A program made the translations under genes and the position numbers. The notes under the pieces are model-generated. The model was not told the DNA's origin. It made no database searches and saw only the letters and a program-made list of their open reading frames with translations. From Diplonema japonicum (taxonomy: Eukaryota; Protista; Euglenozoa: Diplonemea), in the NCBI GenBank assembly GCA_964019335.1, contig OZ025659.1:744001-808000 (forward strand): a DNA stretch of 64,000 bases, read 5' to 3'. How positions within the stretch are numbered: the first letter of the stretch is position 1; every line of letters begins with the position of its first letter. This document shows, piece after piece, positions 23,809 to 35,600 of the stretch.

Positions 23809-26739
23809 ATGGAAGAGTATCTTGCTATACGTGACCGAGAATGGGGCCAGCAGATCACGCAACACGAAATAGACCAGAAGGCAGAGAAAAGAAAAGTACG
23901 GGAAAGCGTGCAGCTAAAATCTAAGGACAAGACTATGACGAAGCAGATAGCAGGGGCTATTCTGTTGGGTGTGATCAGGACTCGTGTATTCAACATTCAG
24001 CAAGTGGAGGACCTGAAGAAACAACAACGGCAACCTCGACAGAGTCCCACCTCCCCGCAACGCACCTGGAAGCCGCCGAGCACCATACACCGCACACCAT
24101 CTCCCACGTTAGTCACACCAACACCCCCAGACCTCAACAGCATTCAAGGCGCCTCGTTCATTCCCACTCCACCGAAGCCAAGGGCGAAGCCCCCCAAAAA
24201 GAAAAAAACTGAAAAGACAAAAAGTGCGACACCACAAATGCCGAGTAAACGGAAAGCCCCGCCGACGCTGCCACGGTCTTTGGAGCCGTGCAGTGACCTC
24301 GCCTTGCGGGAAGCGCTCGAGGATGCGTTCACCGAGAGGGAGCAGGGCATGGTGGATAATTCCTTTAAAAGGTCGTGCGGGGGTCTGCTCGTGCAGCGCC
24401 CCGTGAGAAACAGCAGAGTGATGCTGCGAAAGAGAGGAGTGTCGTTCAACCCCAAGGTGGTCCACAGCATGTTTACCATGACGCGGAAGGGGTCTTTGGT
24501 GCCGGATGACATGATGGACACGCTGGCTAAAGTCATTGTGAAAGATGGTCTGGGCTTGGCAGAGCTGTACTTGAGCCTGCAACAAGTAAGGGCAACTACC
24601 ATGACTTGTGTTGATAATAGGGAGGCTACAAAGGCTCTGAAGTACGCGCTGAACTGGAGGGCTGAGGAGCAGAAGCGGTGTGGAGAGGACTTCTACAACA
24701 CAGTGCGGTATAAGTGCTTGCTGTCATTCTCGTCGAATGTCATCATGCAACTGTTCTGCTGGGTAAGCAGAGCACGTGCTGCCACTGCAAAAAGGCGAAA
24801 GCTTCTAAGCTTGATGAATGCCAGGACGCTGTGCAAGTCTTTTAACTTCTGGGCGCGTTCGGTACGTGCAATGGGGCATTACTGTCATCAGTTGCTGAGG
24901 AGATGCTTCGTGGCGTGGCGTTCGCCCTTGAACCTGAACCTGAACCTGTCCCTTTCTCAGACCATGTCCCTTCACGTGCCTGCCCGGCTCAGTGTGTCTC
25001 CACGTTTTTCAGTTGTTGCAATGAGGAACAAAAAGTCGAAAGCAGTGGTGAACAGGCTCGATGTCGTAACTGCTCCATTTCATGCTTGGGCAACCACTGC
25101 AAAGATGAGGGCAACTAACCTCGAGAGCCTGATGAAACAGTTCCAAAAGAGGTCCTGCTTCTCCTTTGCCGATAGGAGCGTCGTGTGGTGTTGTTTTATT
25201 GCTATGAGGGACACCGTGCGGTACTCGACAAAGACGCTGTCACAACAGGTGGCAGTGGTGCGCAACAAAGGCTTGCTGCGGAGGTCGATGCGGGCCATGC
25301 GGACAACGTATATGGTGTGCATCGCGAACCAGCAGCATCAAAAGAAAATAGTACATAGTGCCTTGCAGCTGTGGAGGTATGAACTGTATCAGCTGAAAGT
25401 AGGAAGGATCTTGGCCCACACTTGCGCGGAGTCCGTATCGTTGCTAAAAAGGAATCACGCATGGGACACATGGCGCACAAAGTACCTACGATATGTGGCA
25501 CTCAGAACGCAAGGTGCGGTGAAGCAAACGCAGAAGGAAGGGATGCTGATGCCTTACGTTCTGATACTGTTGAATGACAACAGGAAACACGCAGTCATGT
25601 GTTGGAAGAACTGGCGCTTTTTTGTCACCAAAAGGAAACGGACGGCAAGCTACTTCAAAGAAGCTCAGATGCAGATGGACAGATTTGTGTTGCTGACCCT
25701 CTTCCAACGATGGCGTGGGAGGCCGCTCAATGTACTTGGCCCCTTGTCGGGCAGCAAGGTACTGTACTACGTGGAAAAGGAGATGGAGAAGAACAGCGTC
25801 TTTCTTCCCCACTTATATACAATGGAATTGATGAGCCAAATGAAGACAGATGCCGTGTGCATACTGAACAAGGTGATGCAGTTCATGCGGCTCCAAACAA
25901 TGATCCTCAAGGCACAGCAGGTGGTCCTGTCCCGAGTGCGTATTAAGAACCAAGACGCCATTGAGGAGCCCAGGACACAACGTCCCAGTGTGTCCACTCA
26001 TGATACAAACGAGAGACCTTGCCCCCTGCAGACTGCTCTGCACCTCAATCGTGTGCCTTCGACGACGAAGATAGACTTGCTCATATTGCAAAATTGTGAA
26101 AGAGTGAAGAAGAAAAACCACGTTGTGAAGGAGCTTTTGGACGCCGCGCAGAAGCTGATGAGAGAGCGGGGGGCTGTGGATCTGCGTGCACAGCTCATCG
26201 CAACAATGACTGCAAACAGGCGCAAACAAACTGCTATTGCTATGGTTAGCATAGCCTCGTTCGCAAGGACTGAAGGCAACATCATCATGGCACGAAACTG
26301 CCAGCTGGAGCCAGAGACTCGTAGCTTGCCTGCCGATGCCGCCTTCTATTTCCCATTGTGTACCTCGGAATGTCTCGGTGATGGTAGTCGTCGCAGCTCG
26401 AAATGTGATACCATTTTACAAAGCCCCCACGTTCTTCCAGTGGAATCAAAAAGCACTCCATGGTATCCTGCGAGCGCAATGCAACAGTCATGCAAACCGA
26501 TACGGCACAGTAAGTACAAGATGCAGAGATGTGCTTTGCCTGCTCCACCCACGTTAGTCGGTGTGCTCGTGCCTCCTGTTGTCTCATTCAAGCAGCATAT
26601 AACATACAAGATGAAGCCCGCCGCCAAGCCTAAGAGTCCAAATCACATGGAAGTACTTGCCAGCATGAGCCCTGATAGTTCTTTTACCCCTTCTGTGGCT
26701 GCTGATTTAACAGACACGGAGCCGTCTTTGTTGCTTTAA
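23809..26739 (+). CDS. Basic helical protein with Sfi1-like Trp repeats
   Basis: 976-aa ORF with recurring (F/W/L)xxW(R/A) units: FNFWAR, FVAWR, FHAWA, LQLWR, WDTWR, WKNWR, FQRWR. Confidence 0.55.
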   Translation: MEEYLAIRDREWGQQITQHEIDQKAEKRKVRESVQLKSKDKTMTKQIAGAILLGVIRTRVFNIQQVEDLKKQQRQPRQSPTSPQRTWKPPSTIHRTPSPTLVTPTPPDLNSIQGASFIPTPPKPRAKPPKKKKTEKTKSATPQMPSKRKAPPTLPRSLEPCSDLALREALEDAFTEREQGMVDNSFKRSCGGLLVQRPVRNSRVMLRKRGVSFNPKVVHSMFTMTRKGSLVPDDMMDTLAKVIVKDGLGLAELYLSLQQVRATTMTCVDNREATKALKYALNWRAEEQKRCGEDFYNTVRYKCLLSFSSNVIMQLFCWVSRARAATAKRRKLLSLMNARTLCKSFNFWARSVRAMGHYCHQLLRRCFVAWRSPLNLNLNLSLSQTMSLHVPARLSVSPRFSVVAMRNKKSKAVVNRLDVVTAPFHAWATTAKMRATNLESLMKQFQKRSCFSFADRSVVWCCFIAMRDTVRYSTKTLSQQVAVVRNKGLLRRSMRAMRTTYMVCIANQQHQKKIVHSALQLWRYELYQLKVGRILAHTCAESVSLLKRNHAWDTWRTKYLRYVALRTQGAVKQTQKEGMLMPYVLILLNDNRKHAVMCWKNWRFFVTKRKRTASYFKEAQMQMDRFVLLTLFQRWRGRPLNVLGPLSGSKVLYYVEKEMEKNSVFLPHLYTMELMSQMKTDAVCILNKVMQFMRLQTMILKAQQVVLSRVRIKNQDAIEEPRTQRPSVSTHDTNERPCPLQTALHLNRVPSTTKIDLLILQNCERVKKKNHVVKELLDAAQKLMRERGAVDLRAQLIATMTANRRKQTAIAMVSIASFARTEGNIIMARNCQLEPETRSLPADAAFYFPLCTSECLGDGSRRSSKCDTILQSPHVLPVESKSTPWYPASAMQQSCKPIRHSKYKMQRCALPAPPTLVGVLVPPVVSFKQHITYKMKPAAKPKSPNHMEVLASMSPDSSFTPSVAADLTDTEPSLLL

Positions 26740-26809
26740 AACATTTACACCGAATTCTTTTTTTAATTGTTCCTTTAATGTGACTCGGCGATATCCACAA
26801 ATAGGAAAC

Positions 26810-27673
26810 ATGGACGCCTTGAAGAAGTACGCCATCGCTGGTTCGCATGAGCTCATCGACATTGGGGCCAACATCACACGCCTGCCTGCGGCAGAGCTGA
26901 CGATGCAGATGCAAAGGGCCGCCGCTGCAGGGGTGAAGCGAGTGATCATCACGGGGACAAGCGTGAAGGCGTCGCAGGCCGCTGAACGGATGGTACAACG
27001 GAACATAAGCGGGGTGCAGCTGTTGTACACAGCAGGGGTCCATCCCCACGACGCGCACACATGGAGCGATAGGGCAAAGAGCATCATCACGCGCATGCTT
27101 ATGAACAAAGACTGCGTAGCGATAGGGGAGATGGGCCTAGACTACGATAGGATGCGATCGACGAAAGAGCAGCAGCTGCAAGTATTCAGGGAGCTGGTGA
27201 GCATTGCTACCACCACCGATAAGCCCTTGTTCATCCACGAGAGAGACCTTGATTCAAACAGGGGTGCGCCTTTGGGTTCTCACGATGACTTAGTAGGCAT
27301 CCTCACTGAGTACAAGATTGACCCGTCGAGGGTGTGCATCCATTGCTTCACGGCGAGCGAGGCCGCGTTGAAGGATTACGTGTCTAGAGGGTACTACATT
27401 GGTATCACAGGATTTGTGGGGATGAAGACACGAGGTGCCGCCCTGCGTGCCGCTTGCACACACATCCCACTCGACAGGCTGATGGTGGAGACAGACGCAC
27501 CGTATATGAAGCCTGACAACATCCCTTCTGATATCGGCATCAAAGGACGCAACAACGAGCCTTGCACACTGCCCTCCGTGGTGCGCACCCTTGCTAGTTG
27601 TTACGGAGAGGAGGACAGCAAGATAGCAAATGCTGTCACAGCAAACACCAAGCGATTCTTTAATTTGGCTTGA
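26810..27673 (+). CDS. tatD: TatD-family DNase
   Basis: IDIGANI, TAGVHPH, AIGEMGLDYDR, FIHER, CIHCF and ETDAPY motifs. Confidence 0.92.
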   Translation: MDALKKYAIAGSHELIDIGANITRLPAAELTMQMQRAAAAGVKRVIITGTSVKASQAAERMVQRNISGVQLLYTAGVHPHDAHTWSDRAKSIITRMLMNKDCVAIGEMGLDYDRMRSTKEQQLQVFRELVSIATTTDKPLFIHERDLDSNRGAPLGSHDDLVGILTEYKIDPSRVCIHCFTASEAALKDYVSRGYYIGITGFVGMKTRGAALRAACTHIPLDRLMVETDAPYMKPDNIPSDIGIKGRNNEPCTLPSVVRTLASCYGEEDSKIANAVTANTKRFFNLA

Positions 27674-27841
27674 TTGCTGCGTGAAAGAAAAAAGGGGAGA
27701 ATGAGGGGGGGGGGATGAAGCAAGGTACTATACTAACCCAACCTGTGCCTTGCATTGTATTTCGTAAAAGTAAATAAACGTAATTAGCTTTTTTTTTTTT
27801 TTTTTTAGTTCACTTGTACCACCGCATTGAAAGCGTTACAC

Positions 27842-28096
27842 ATGCCTGCGATAGCTACTCCCGATCAATGGAACGGAGACATGTCGTTTTCAGGACCCAG
27901 AGTAGGTGAGCTGCAGAATGCTACTGACAGGTCGTGTTTGGCAGCGGGCGCAGCAGACAAAGAGGTTTCAGGAGTGAGCTTTACACCAAGATTTCCAGGA
28001 GCGAATAGGGGCAGGTGTTTGATGCACGGGAAGAGGGACACCGTTGTTGAGAGCACGAAGTGGAAGATGGGCACCAAATGCTGGCAATTCAAGTAG
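27842..28096 (+). CDS. Small hypothetical protein, possibly a PAN/apple-like fragment
   Basis: Short coding-like ORF with a Cys pattern, lying between two genes. Confidence 0.3.
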   Translation: MPAIATPDQWNGDMSFSGPRVGELQNATDRSCLAAGAADKEVSGVSFTPRFPGANRGRCLMHGKRDTVVESTKWKMGTKCWQFK

Positions 28097-28167
28097 GCAC
28101 TTAGGGCATTTTTTTTCCGCACTCGGTTTTTCTTTCCAGCCCGCATTACCCTTCTACAGGAAGTATT

Positions 28168-29090
28168 ATGGGCATCGAGGTGAAGAAGAAGCCGATGGCG
28201 GTTGATAACCTTCTGGTTGGAGCTGTGGCTGATTTGATAAAAATCACAACGTTGGGGCAGCCTTTCAAGGTTCTCAAAACGCACATGGGCGTCGAGAGGC
28301 GGGATGGACTGATGAAGAGTATGCAGATAGCCTACGGCCGGGGGGGCATCAGGGGCTTCTACCAGGGCCTACTTCCCTGGGGCTGGGTGGAGTGCTCTAC
28401 GAAAGGGGCTGTGTTACAAGTGACATCAAGCGAGGTGGAGTATATTCTGTTGTCAAACAAGCTGAACCCAGGCACTAGCGGCATGATCGCAGGCATGGCA
28501 GGAGGCATAGCCCAGTCGTACACCACAATGGGCATCACAACATTCATGACGACAGTTGAAGTGACGCGAGCGAGGGGTGGCGGCAGTGCGTCCACCATGG
28601 CAGTGGCCAGGGATGTGGTGAAGCGAGATGGGATACGAGGGATGTACAGGGGGGTGCATGCTCTGGCAATACGGCAGATGACAAACTGGGGAAGCAGGTT
28701 CGGTATCGCTCGTGCAACAGAGTCGTTTATACAGCAAGTGAAGCAGAAGAACGGGAAAAGCGCAAAGAAAGAACCTTGGGAGAAAATAGTCGCAAGTTGC
28801 GTGGGCGGTGCCCTTGCATGCTGGAACAAGTATGGTAACTTTTGCTCAAAACACACAACAGCCCTATTGAGGTGATTCGCGTAGAGCAGCAGAAAGCAAC
28901 CACTGTCGAGGCGGGGAAGTTCGTAAGTATATCATCGGCTACGAAGACCATCTTCGTGCGCGATGGCTTCAAGGGTTTCTTTAAGGGTGTGGTCCCTCGG
29001 GTGGCCTTGAGCGTGTGGGCAACGGTGGCACAGGTGGCGGGGGGTGACCATCTGAAGGAGATGTTCAACAACTTTAAGGAGAGCCGGTAA
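28168..29090 (+). CDS. YHM2: Mitochondrial carrier, YHM2 (citrate/2-oxoglutarate) subfamily; intron 28830-28861
   Basis: TTLGQP, YQGLLPW, STKGAVL and RQMTNWGSRFG motifs. The splice restores WNNPIEVIRVE. Confidence 0.85.
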
Positions 29091-29168
29091 CTCTTAAATC
29101 ACTAGATCATAGATCATAGAATCCATTACGACTGCTAATTCTCGGCTGGCATTACAAACAAAAAGCAC

Positions 29169-29726
29169 ATGACAGTATTTACACATATGATGAACACGGT
29201 GGATGATGAGAGTACTGATGAAGAGTTCGTGCCGCCGCCTGAGGGGGAACGGCTGGCGGCGGTACTTAAAGACATGCCTGCATCAAAGCTGCATAGAAGC
29301 GAACAGGACATCAACCTTGCGGGGGTTTGGACGGTGCAGCACACACCGTCGCCGCTGGACACGAACAGGTTCTGTGTAGAGCTCACGAATGAAGATGGTG
29401 TGTTCAAGGGCACAGCGGAGGTCAGCATGCAGCGCGACTCCCTCACCACTTTCACAGTCAATCTTGAGGGAAAGGTTATGTGCGGTCCAGTCGTGAGCTT
29501 CACACAGACGTTCACACCAAAGGAATGCTCGCGAACAGAGCGCCCCAGAAACTGGGCAGGCACTTTCACCGCTCTTGTCGATAGCACGCAAAACTACTTT
29601 ACAGGGACCTTCACAAGCGGTTATTCTCAGGGCGCTGTGACAGCTGCACGCGTACATGAGCGTAACCCTGCAGAAACCTTAAAACAAACCGCAAAACAGT
29701 GGCCACCCCGTCCGCTTAAATCTTAG
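29169..29726 (+). CDS. Hypothetical beta-rich protein
   Basis: 185-aa ORF co-oriented within the gene array. Confidence 0.55.
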   Translation: MTVFTHMMNTVDDESTDEEFVPPPEGERLAAVLKDMPASKLHRSEQDINLAGVWTVQHTPSPLDTNRFCVELTNEDGVFKGTAEVSMQRDSLTTFTVNLEGKVMCGPVVSFTQTFTPKECSRTERPRNWAGTFTALVDSTQNYFTGTFTSGYSQGAVTAARVHERNPAETLKQTAKQWPPRPLKS

Positions 29727-29768
29727 CATGTATATCTAATAGTTAGTATTTGCTCTTTCCTCTGCAAG

Positions 29769-30257
29769 ATGGACCGCACACAGGATGCCACTATGTACTG
29801 CGGCGGAGCTGAGTGTGATGCGCCGATAGTGTACGTTGCAGGTGGTCTGCTAGTAGTGAGCATTATTAGCACTGCGCTGGCTGTGAGGTTGTGGAGAAAG
29901 CGCAGGGTTATTGCACAAGAGGATGAACTAGAGGATCCGATGGACCTGGGAAAGGAAGTGTCGTATGCACCGCCATGTGTCGAGCTGAGTCCCAGGAGAC
30001 ACAAACAGCAGGATGAATACAAGCACCGGTCACGAATGGTGACATACCCGAATTTGGTGAAGACTCTCGCACCCCCAAGGAGGTTCAGCACCACCTTCAC
30101 GAAACCCAGCCCGAAGGACAACCCGTTGGTGGTAGGACCGCCTCGCAACATGGACACCTTACCTACTCCAACTCCAACTTCTTACAACAGTATACTCGAA
30201 ATCACACCCGCCCCGACCACAGAACCGAGCGAGGTGTCACAGGACTGTGTATTTTAA
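29769..30257 (+). CDS. Hypothetical single-pass membrane protein
   Basis: Hydrophobic helix IVYVAGGLLVVSIISTALAV followed by RLWRKRR. Confidence 0.6.
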   Translation: MDRTQDATMYCGGAECDAPIVYVAGGLLVVSIISTALAVRLWRKRRVIAQEDELEDPMDLGKEVSYAPPCVELSPRRHKQQDEYKHRSRMVTYPNLVKTLAPPRRFSTTFTKPSPKDNPLVVGPPRNMDTLPTPTPTSYNSILEITPAPTTEPSEVSQDCVF

Positions 30258-30319
30258 TATGTTTAGAATAGAAACTTATGCTATGCTGCTCCTGCGATGC
30301 GTCATCTCACACAGGCAAA

Positions 30320-31333
30320 ATGGACAATATCATGACGTGGAGTGAAGAGAAGGCGAAGATGCTAGGGATCGACTACGACCCCTCGCAGTTGTGGATTGAC
30401 AGGACGAAGAAGGTGAGGAGTGACATCAAAGAGAAGAAAGAGATGGTGGAGTCCTTCGAAGACTTGGAATGTAAATTAGATAACCTGCTAGAGAAGACAC
30501 GTCACAAGGTTGTGCTTCCCGTTGGGAAGCTCGCGCTGCTTGAAGGCACTATCGTTCATACCAACGATCTCACAGTATTTCTGGGTGACTCGTGGTTCGC
30601 AAAGCGGTCAGTACCGCAGTCGAAAAGAATCCTAAGCAGGCGAATTGGGATCACAAAAGAACACATCGAAAACCTTGAAAACGATGAGAAAGAGTGCGTG
30701 CAGCGGCTGAACCTGTTGAGTCAGTTCCAGGGCTTGGGCTTTGGCGGCGATGGGGCACGGCCTGCTGAAAAGAAAACATCGAAGAAGAAGACAGTAAGTT
30801 TTGCAGAAGATAAAGCCTCAACGACGCAGCAGAAGACGGAGAAGAAGAAGGTGAAGGTGACGTCAGACAATTTGAAAGAGACGCTTGACATGCTTGAGAA
30901 GATGGAGGATATGGGCGTGGAAGAAAACATTGAGATAGGGAGCGAGGTGGAAGAGGAAGAAGAAGTGGAAGAAATAGAAGAGGAAGAAGAAGAAGATATC
31001 TTGACTGATGCTGAGATACAAGCCAGATTAGAGGCCGCAGGGCTAGTTGAGGCACCAAAGAAAGGCATCCTGTCGAAGCTCGACTACATGTTCTCTCCTG
31101 ATGCAGAGGCGCCGAAGTTTTCCGATCCTTCAAAGATATTCGAAGCATACGAGGTAAGTCCGGCACCCATAGCGGCACCTGAGCCGCGTGAGCAAAAGCC
31201 TCGACCTACAGAGCAGCCCAAGCGCGCGGCCGCTCAACCAGAGACAACCACTGTAAAAGAGACGGTTGTGGTGCGGAACAACTCATGTATACCACCGCCA
31301 CCGCCTCCTATGGGTGCAAGGAGGAAGAGATAA
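30320..31333 (+). CDS. URI1: Unconventional prefoldin RPB5 interactor (URI1/Bud27)
   Basis: HKVVLPVGKLALLEGTIVHTNDLTVFLGDSWFAKRS alpha-prefoldin signature followed by an acidic region. Confidence 0.85.
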   Translation: MDNIMTWSEEKAKMLGIDYDPSQLWIDRTKKVRSDIKEKKEMVESFEDLECKLDNLLEKTRHKVVLPVGKLALLEGTIVHTNDLTVFLGDSWFAKRSVPQSKRILSRRIGITKEHIENLENDEKECVQRLNLLSQFQGLGFGGDGARPAEKKTSKKKTVSFAEDKASTTQQKTEKKKVKVTSDNLKETLDMLEKMEDMGVEENIEIGSEVEEEEEVEEIEEEEEEDILTDAEIQARLEAAGLVEAPKKGILSKLDYMFSPDAEAPKFSDPSKIFEAYEVSPAPIAAPEPREQKPRPTEQPKRAAAQPETTTVKETVVVRNNSCIPPPPPPMGARRKR

Positions 31334-31391
31334 AAATTGCACATATTTATTGCAATGAAGGTTTTGATAGCAATGACAGGTTTACACAAGT

Positions 31392-32567
31392 ATGAACGAC
31401 AAACGGGGAGTATTCCAGAACATAGGATACATTGTGACGGGGAGAATAGGTGGTGAAGTGTATGGACTGAAGGACATCAATGATGGTATGCACTATGCGG
31501 GGAAGGTGCTGCGTGATGTGGATGTGGGTAACGAGAAATACTTGGAGCTAGTTGGGAGTCCTCAGAGAAATCTTGCGGCCATCAATTGCCTTCACACACA
31601 CAAGGGTTATACGTTCTTGGTCATGCCACGGTTGAAAGAGCTGGTGTTGCACCGTCCCGTTGCTGAGGAGGTAGTGTGGAGAAAGGCGTTGGAGGTATTG
31701 CGTGCGTTGCAGGCTATTCACCTATGTGGTGCATGCCATGGGGACGTGAAGCTGCCGAACATAATGGTCAGTGATACCGGAGAGTGTGTGGTGACAGATG
31801 CGTGTCTGAGGGCAGCCGGTAGACCTTTGTTCACATGTAGGTCCTATATCGTAGAAGAGGCTTCACCTGCCACCGACTGCTGGCAGCTAGCACAGACTTT
31901 GATGCATATGTGCACAGGAGTGTCGCACGGTGAACTTTCTGATGCGTCACGTCTGAGGGAGCACTGCCCACATCTATCGGAGGAACTTGAAACGTTCTTG
32001 GACATGATGCTGAGGGTCAAACACGTTGACCATTTCCCTGTCGACAGCTTGCTACAGTTCACACCAGCGTCACTGCGGTTGGAGGCTGCTTACTATTTCT
32101 CCGAGAATAGACAGCTTGAGGCACGCTTAAAGGAAAAAGAGGCTCGTCTGACTCAGAAGTCATCTGAGCTAGCTTCTGAGAGGAAGGCACTGACACAGCA
32201 ACAACTAGGCCTCGTGCAACAGCAGAAGCAGATTCTGGATCAGTGGAACAAGATGTCTCTGTGGTACAAAGACTGCTTGCTGTGGAAGGCTTCTTTGGAC
32301 GACTGGAGCAATGAAGTTGAAGTCTTGCTGTCACCTGTCAATGTTGCGCTGCCGCCTGTGCCGCGTGGCGTTCCCTTTCCCCAGACCAGTTCGCCCGACC
32401 CCTTTTTGTCAGGCACCTCGTTGCCCCAAGGTCAGTCTATTCCTGTTTTTTTTGGCACTCAGTCTGAACGTACAAATACTACCAAGAAAGACCAAACTTT
32501 GTCTTCGTCTCTCTTGGATACTCCAGAGTCGGAGCAGTCTGTCTCTGGCTCTAACTTAGTAGTCTAA
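31392..32567 (+). CDS. Divergent protein kinase with coiled coil
   Basis: YAGK and HGDVKLPNI motifs. DFG appears as DAC and no APE is recognisable. Confidence 0.7.
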   Translation: MNDKRGVFQNIGYIVTGRIGGEVYGLKDINDGMHYAGKVLRDVDVGNEKYLELVGSPQRNLAAINCLHTHKGYTFLVMPRLKELVLHRPVAEEVVWRKALEVLRALQAIHLCGACHGDVKLPNIMVSDTGECVVTDACLRAAGRPLFTCRSYIVEEASPATDCWQLAQTLMHMCTGVSHGELSDASRLREHCPHLSEELETFLDMMLRVKHVDHFPVDSLLQFTPASLRLEAAYYFSENRQLEARLKEKEARLTQKSSELASERKALTQQQLGLVQQQKQILDQWNKMSLWYKDCLLWKASLDDWSNEVEVLLSPVNVALPPVPRGVPFPQTSSPDPFLSGTSLPQGQSIPVFFGTQSERTNTTKKDQTLSSSLLDTPESEQSVSGSNLVV

Positions 32568-32698
32568 TAGGTTTTCTGCCGTGCAGCACTTTGAATAGTG
32601 TGTTCTGGTGCTCTGGAGCTAGTGGCTCGCAGGTAGTTGCATTCTTGTTCTATTGATTTACGCATATTCCCTACACCTATTACAGGAATGGGCATGGC

Positions 32699-35600
32699 AT
32701 GAGTGACAGCGACAGCTACAGTGACAACTACAGTGATGACTTCGATGACACGAGCTCCGGAACGCGGAGCGTGACAACGTCAAAAGCGCGTGTCACTGTG
32801 CTGACAGTTAGCGGCGGACATCACTTTGCCTTGCGTATCGATGACAAGGTTCGCATCTTGAGGAAGTGTCTCGAGGAGAAAGTAGGGTCTCTAGACGGGT
32901 ATAAGGTGTTGTGGAACGGAACAGAGCTTAAAGACGACGAGAACACATTAAAGGAGAAAGGTATCGGTGATCGCAGCGTCCTGTCGTTGGAGACAATAAA
33001 TGACACACCTCCTATCATTCCAGGGGCCACGAGTTTGCTTTTCGTGATACTTGGTGCGGTGGTCATGAATCAAAAAAAGAGAAACGAAACACCAGAAGGC
33101 AGAAAGGTAACAAGCTTCATGCAAAGGTTGACTGCACGCCGAAAGCTGGAGATGTTGGCATTCAGAAAGGTTGTGGCGTGGGAAATGCACATGCACAGAC
33201 GCACCGCACGGGTGGACGTCGGGGAACGGGTATTAACAAGCGTGGGCGTCAGTTTTAAAGAGTTGCAGGAGCTCTTCGTTCAACTTGGAAGAGGGAAATG
33301 TCCTTCAAGGGAGATGTTCACAAGACTCATGCACACGGCGACGGAGCGCATCGTTCGCTCTTTCCCAAGTTGCGTGAAAGTCACGATCGACGAGCAGAGG
33401 CTAGTGATAGTAGGCGACCTCAAAGGAGATATCGAAGCACTGGAGAGAATTCTATCTTCTACCGGGAAGGACAACACAGTATACCTCTTCAACGGCAGCT
33501 TAACAGCTGCAAATTCTCTCGAGGTAGCTTTGCGAGTCCTCTGTTTGCATCTCCTCGCACCTAACCATGTGTTGATTACACGTTCCTGTGCTGACGATCA
33601 CGGCGCCGACGCGCTGAGGTCTGCAGTGCACTACGGAAGTGACGCGGTGTGTGACATGATACGCTGCCTCCGTGCTTTTCCTCTCATGTACATCGTGAAC
33701 AGCAAGGCAGTTGTAGTGCACAGTGGTCTACCTGTCGAAAAGATTAATTTATACTCCAACTTAGAAGAACACAGCAACGCAGTGATGCAAAACGAGCCGC
33801 GTGACATGCTTGTAGGAAGCACTGTGACAGAAGCGACCCAGTGTGGCACGTGCGGTGATGTGTACGGTGCTCGTCACACACAATCGTTCTTATCAGATCA
33901 CAATCTGAGTTTCATGATACGCTCGCACACAGTGAGCACCGCTGAAGGATATGATCTGCGGCACAACCAGCTCGTGCACAGTGTGTGGTCTGCCCCTGAC
34001 CATGTACCCGGTGTTGGAGGGTCCTATCTTACTGTGAGTCCTGACCTTAAAGTACGCCAAGTCCTCTTGACCAAAGGCACACCCCTCTCGTATCGTGCCA
34101 TGAGAGAGCACTCGCTCAGTATCATGTCCCATGCCACGGTGGGGTGTCGGCCTGTGACCCTGACTGCACTTCGATCGGACTGGGTTGCAGTTCTGCAGCA
34201 ACAGGTCACGCGGCACATTCCCTGGAGACTTTTGTGGCGTGATGTTATTGAGGGATCTACAGTCGGAGACTTCAATGTTGTGGCGCCATCCTCTTACAAT
34301 TGCCACTTGCGTATGGAAGCTACTTGGGTGCAGGATTGGGGCGCGGAGGTACACCCTTTACTCTCCACGTTGCATACTGTTGAACCATCTAAGGAAAATG
34401 GGCTGACAGTAGCTAATGACTTGATAGAAGCAGCACCACACTTGCCCACGGAAGCTATCTGCTACTACACACTTTATATGAAGCAACGTCCGAATGAGTG
34501 CGACACCGCATCTGCGGTCTTTGTGGCCCTGTGGAACTTGTACAGAAGCAACAAACTTATGTGGGACACGCTTGAGCACCTTGCGACACCCGTGGTTTCG
34601 TGTGATGAATTCGTGGCTTTCGCTGTGCAGCACTGCAAGTTACGAGGAAGGTCCATGAAAAAGAGACAACAGGTTGCCCTGTGGCAGAAGGCAGTTGGCT
34701 CACTCGTGACAACTAGGGGTGTGGAGTGGTACACAGTACAGAGCATCGTGCTTGAGATCGACAAGGTTTTGACCGAGACACCGTGCAAGATGGCAGTCCT
34801 GTTCGGCCTTGTGTGCCGTAATGCTGAAGCGTTAGTCGCAAACATCCTGCTTGACGCCACCACTAACAGCACGATCCGCATGGCAGGCTTCATCAAGGCG
34901 TGCATGTATGTTCTAGGAGTGGAACACCACGCGGGGTATCTCAACCTGTGGCACCTCATGGCAGCCGACAAAGATACGATACCAGCAGCAGCTCTTGTGC
35001 GTTTTTTCGATGTCACACCTGCAGTACAAACCCCTTCACTTGTGTTCCGAAGGGAATGGAAGATCCTGCCATTACCCACCACGCTTGTGGCTGTTGGTGT
35101 ATCTGCTGTGTGCCTTGTTGCTGCTTGTTCTACAACTGCTTTCGCAACAGAGTTAGATAAGCTCGCACAGAAAATGAAGGCCAGGAGTACCAGCAGTGCC
35201 AAGAGTGCGTCTGATGTGCTGCTGATACACGGTGTCCACGAGTGGCGGCCTTTGACAAGAAAGCTGTCCTTGGGGGAGTATTCCTTTGAGTGCAAAGCAG
35301 GAACGTGCATCGCGAAAAGGGTTAATAGAATTACGGAGTTCAGCAGTCTAAAACTCGTGCCTGTTTCGCAAGGGTGCACCATACGGGTTACTTGCAAGGC
35401 GACAAACAAAAGAGAGCTGTTGAGTGTGCCGTCGCACCCGACCTGCGTTGCTTCTGTATTGCGGTTGTGGACCTTCTTGGATAGCAACAAGATCCCTCAT
35501 AACATTGGATTGCAGTTCGTCACACCACTAGGCGCAATAGCCTCAAATTCATCAGCTTGCGAACCGTACAACATATCTCTGGCGTCAATGAAAAAAGCGC

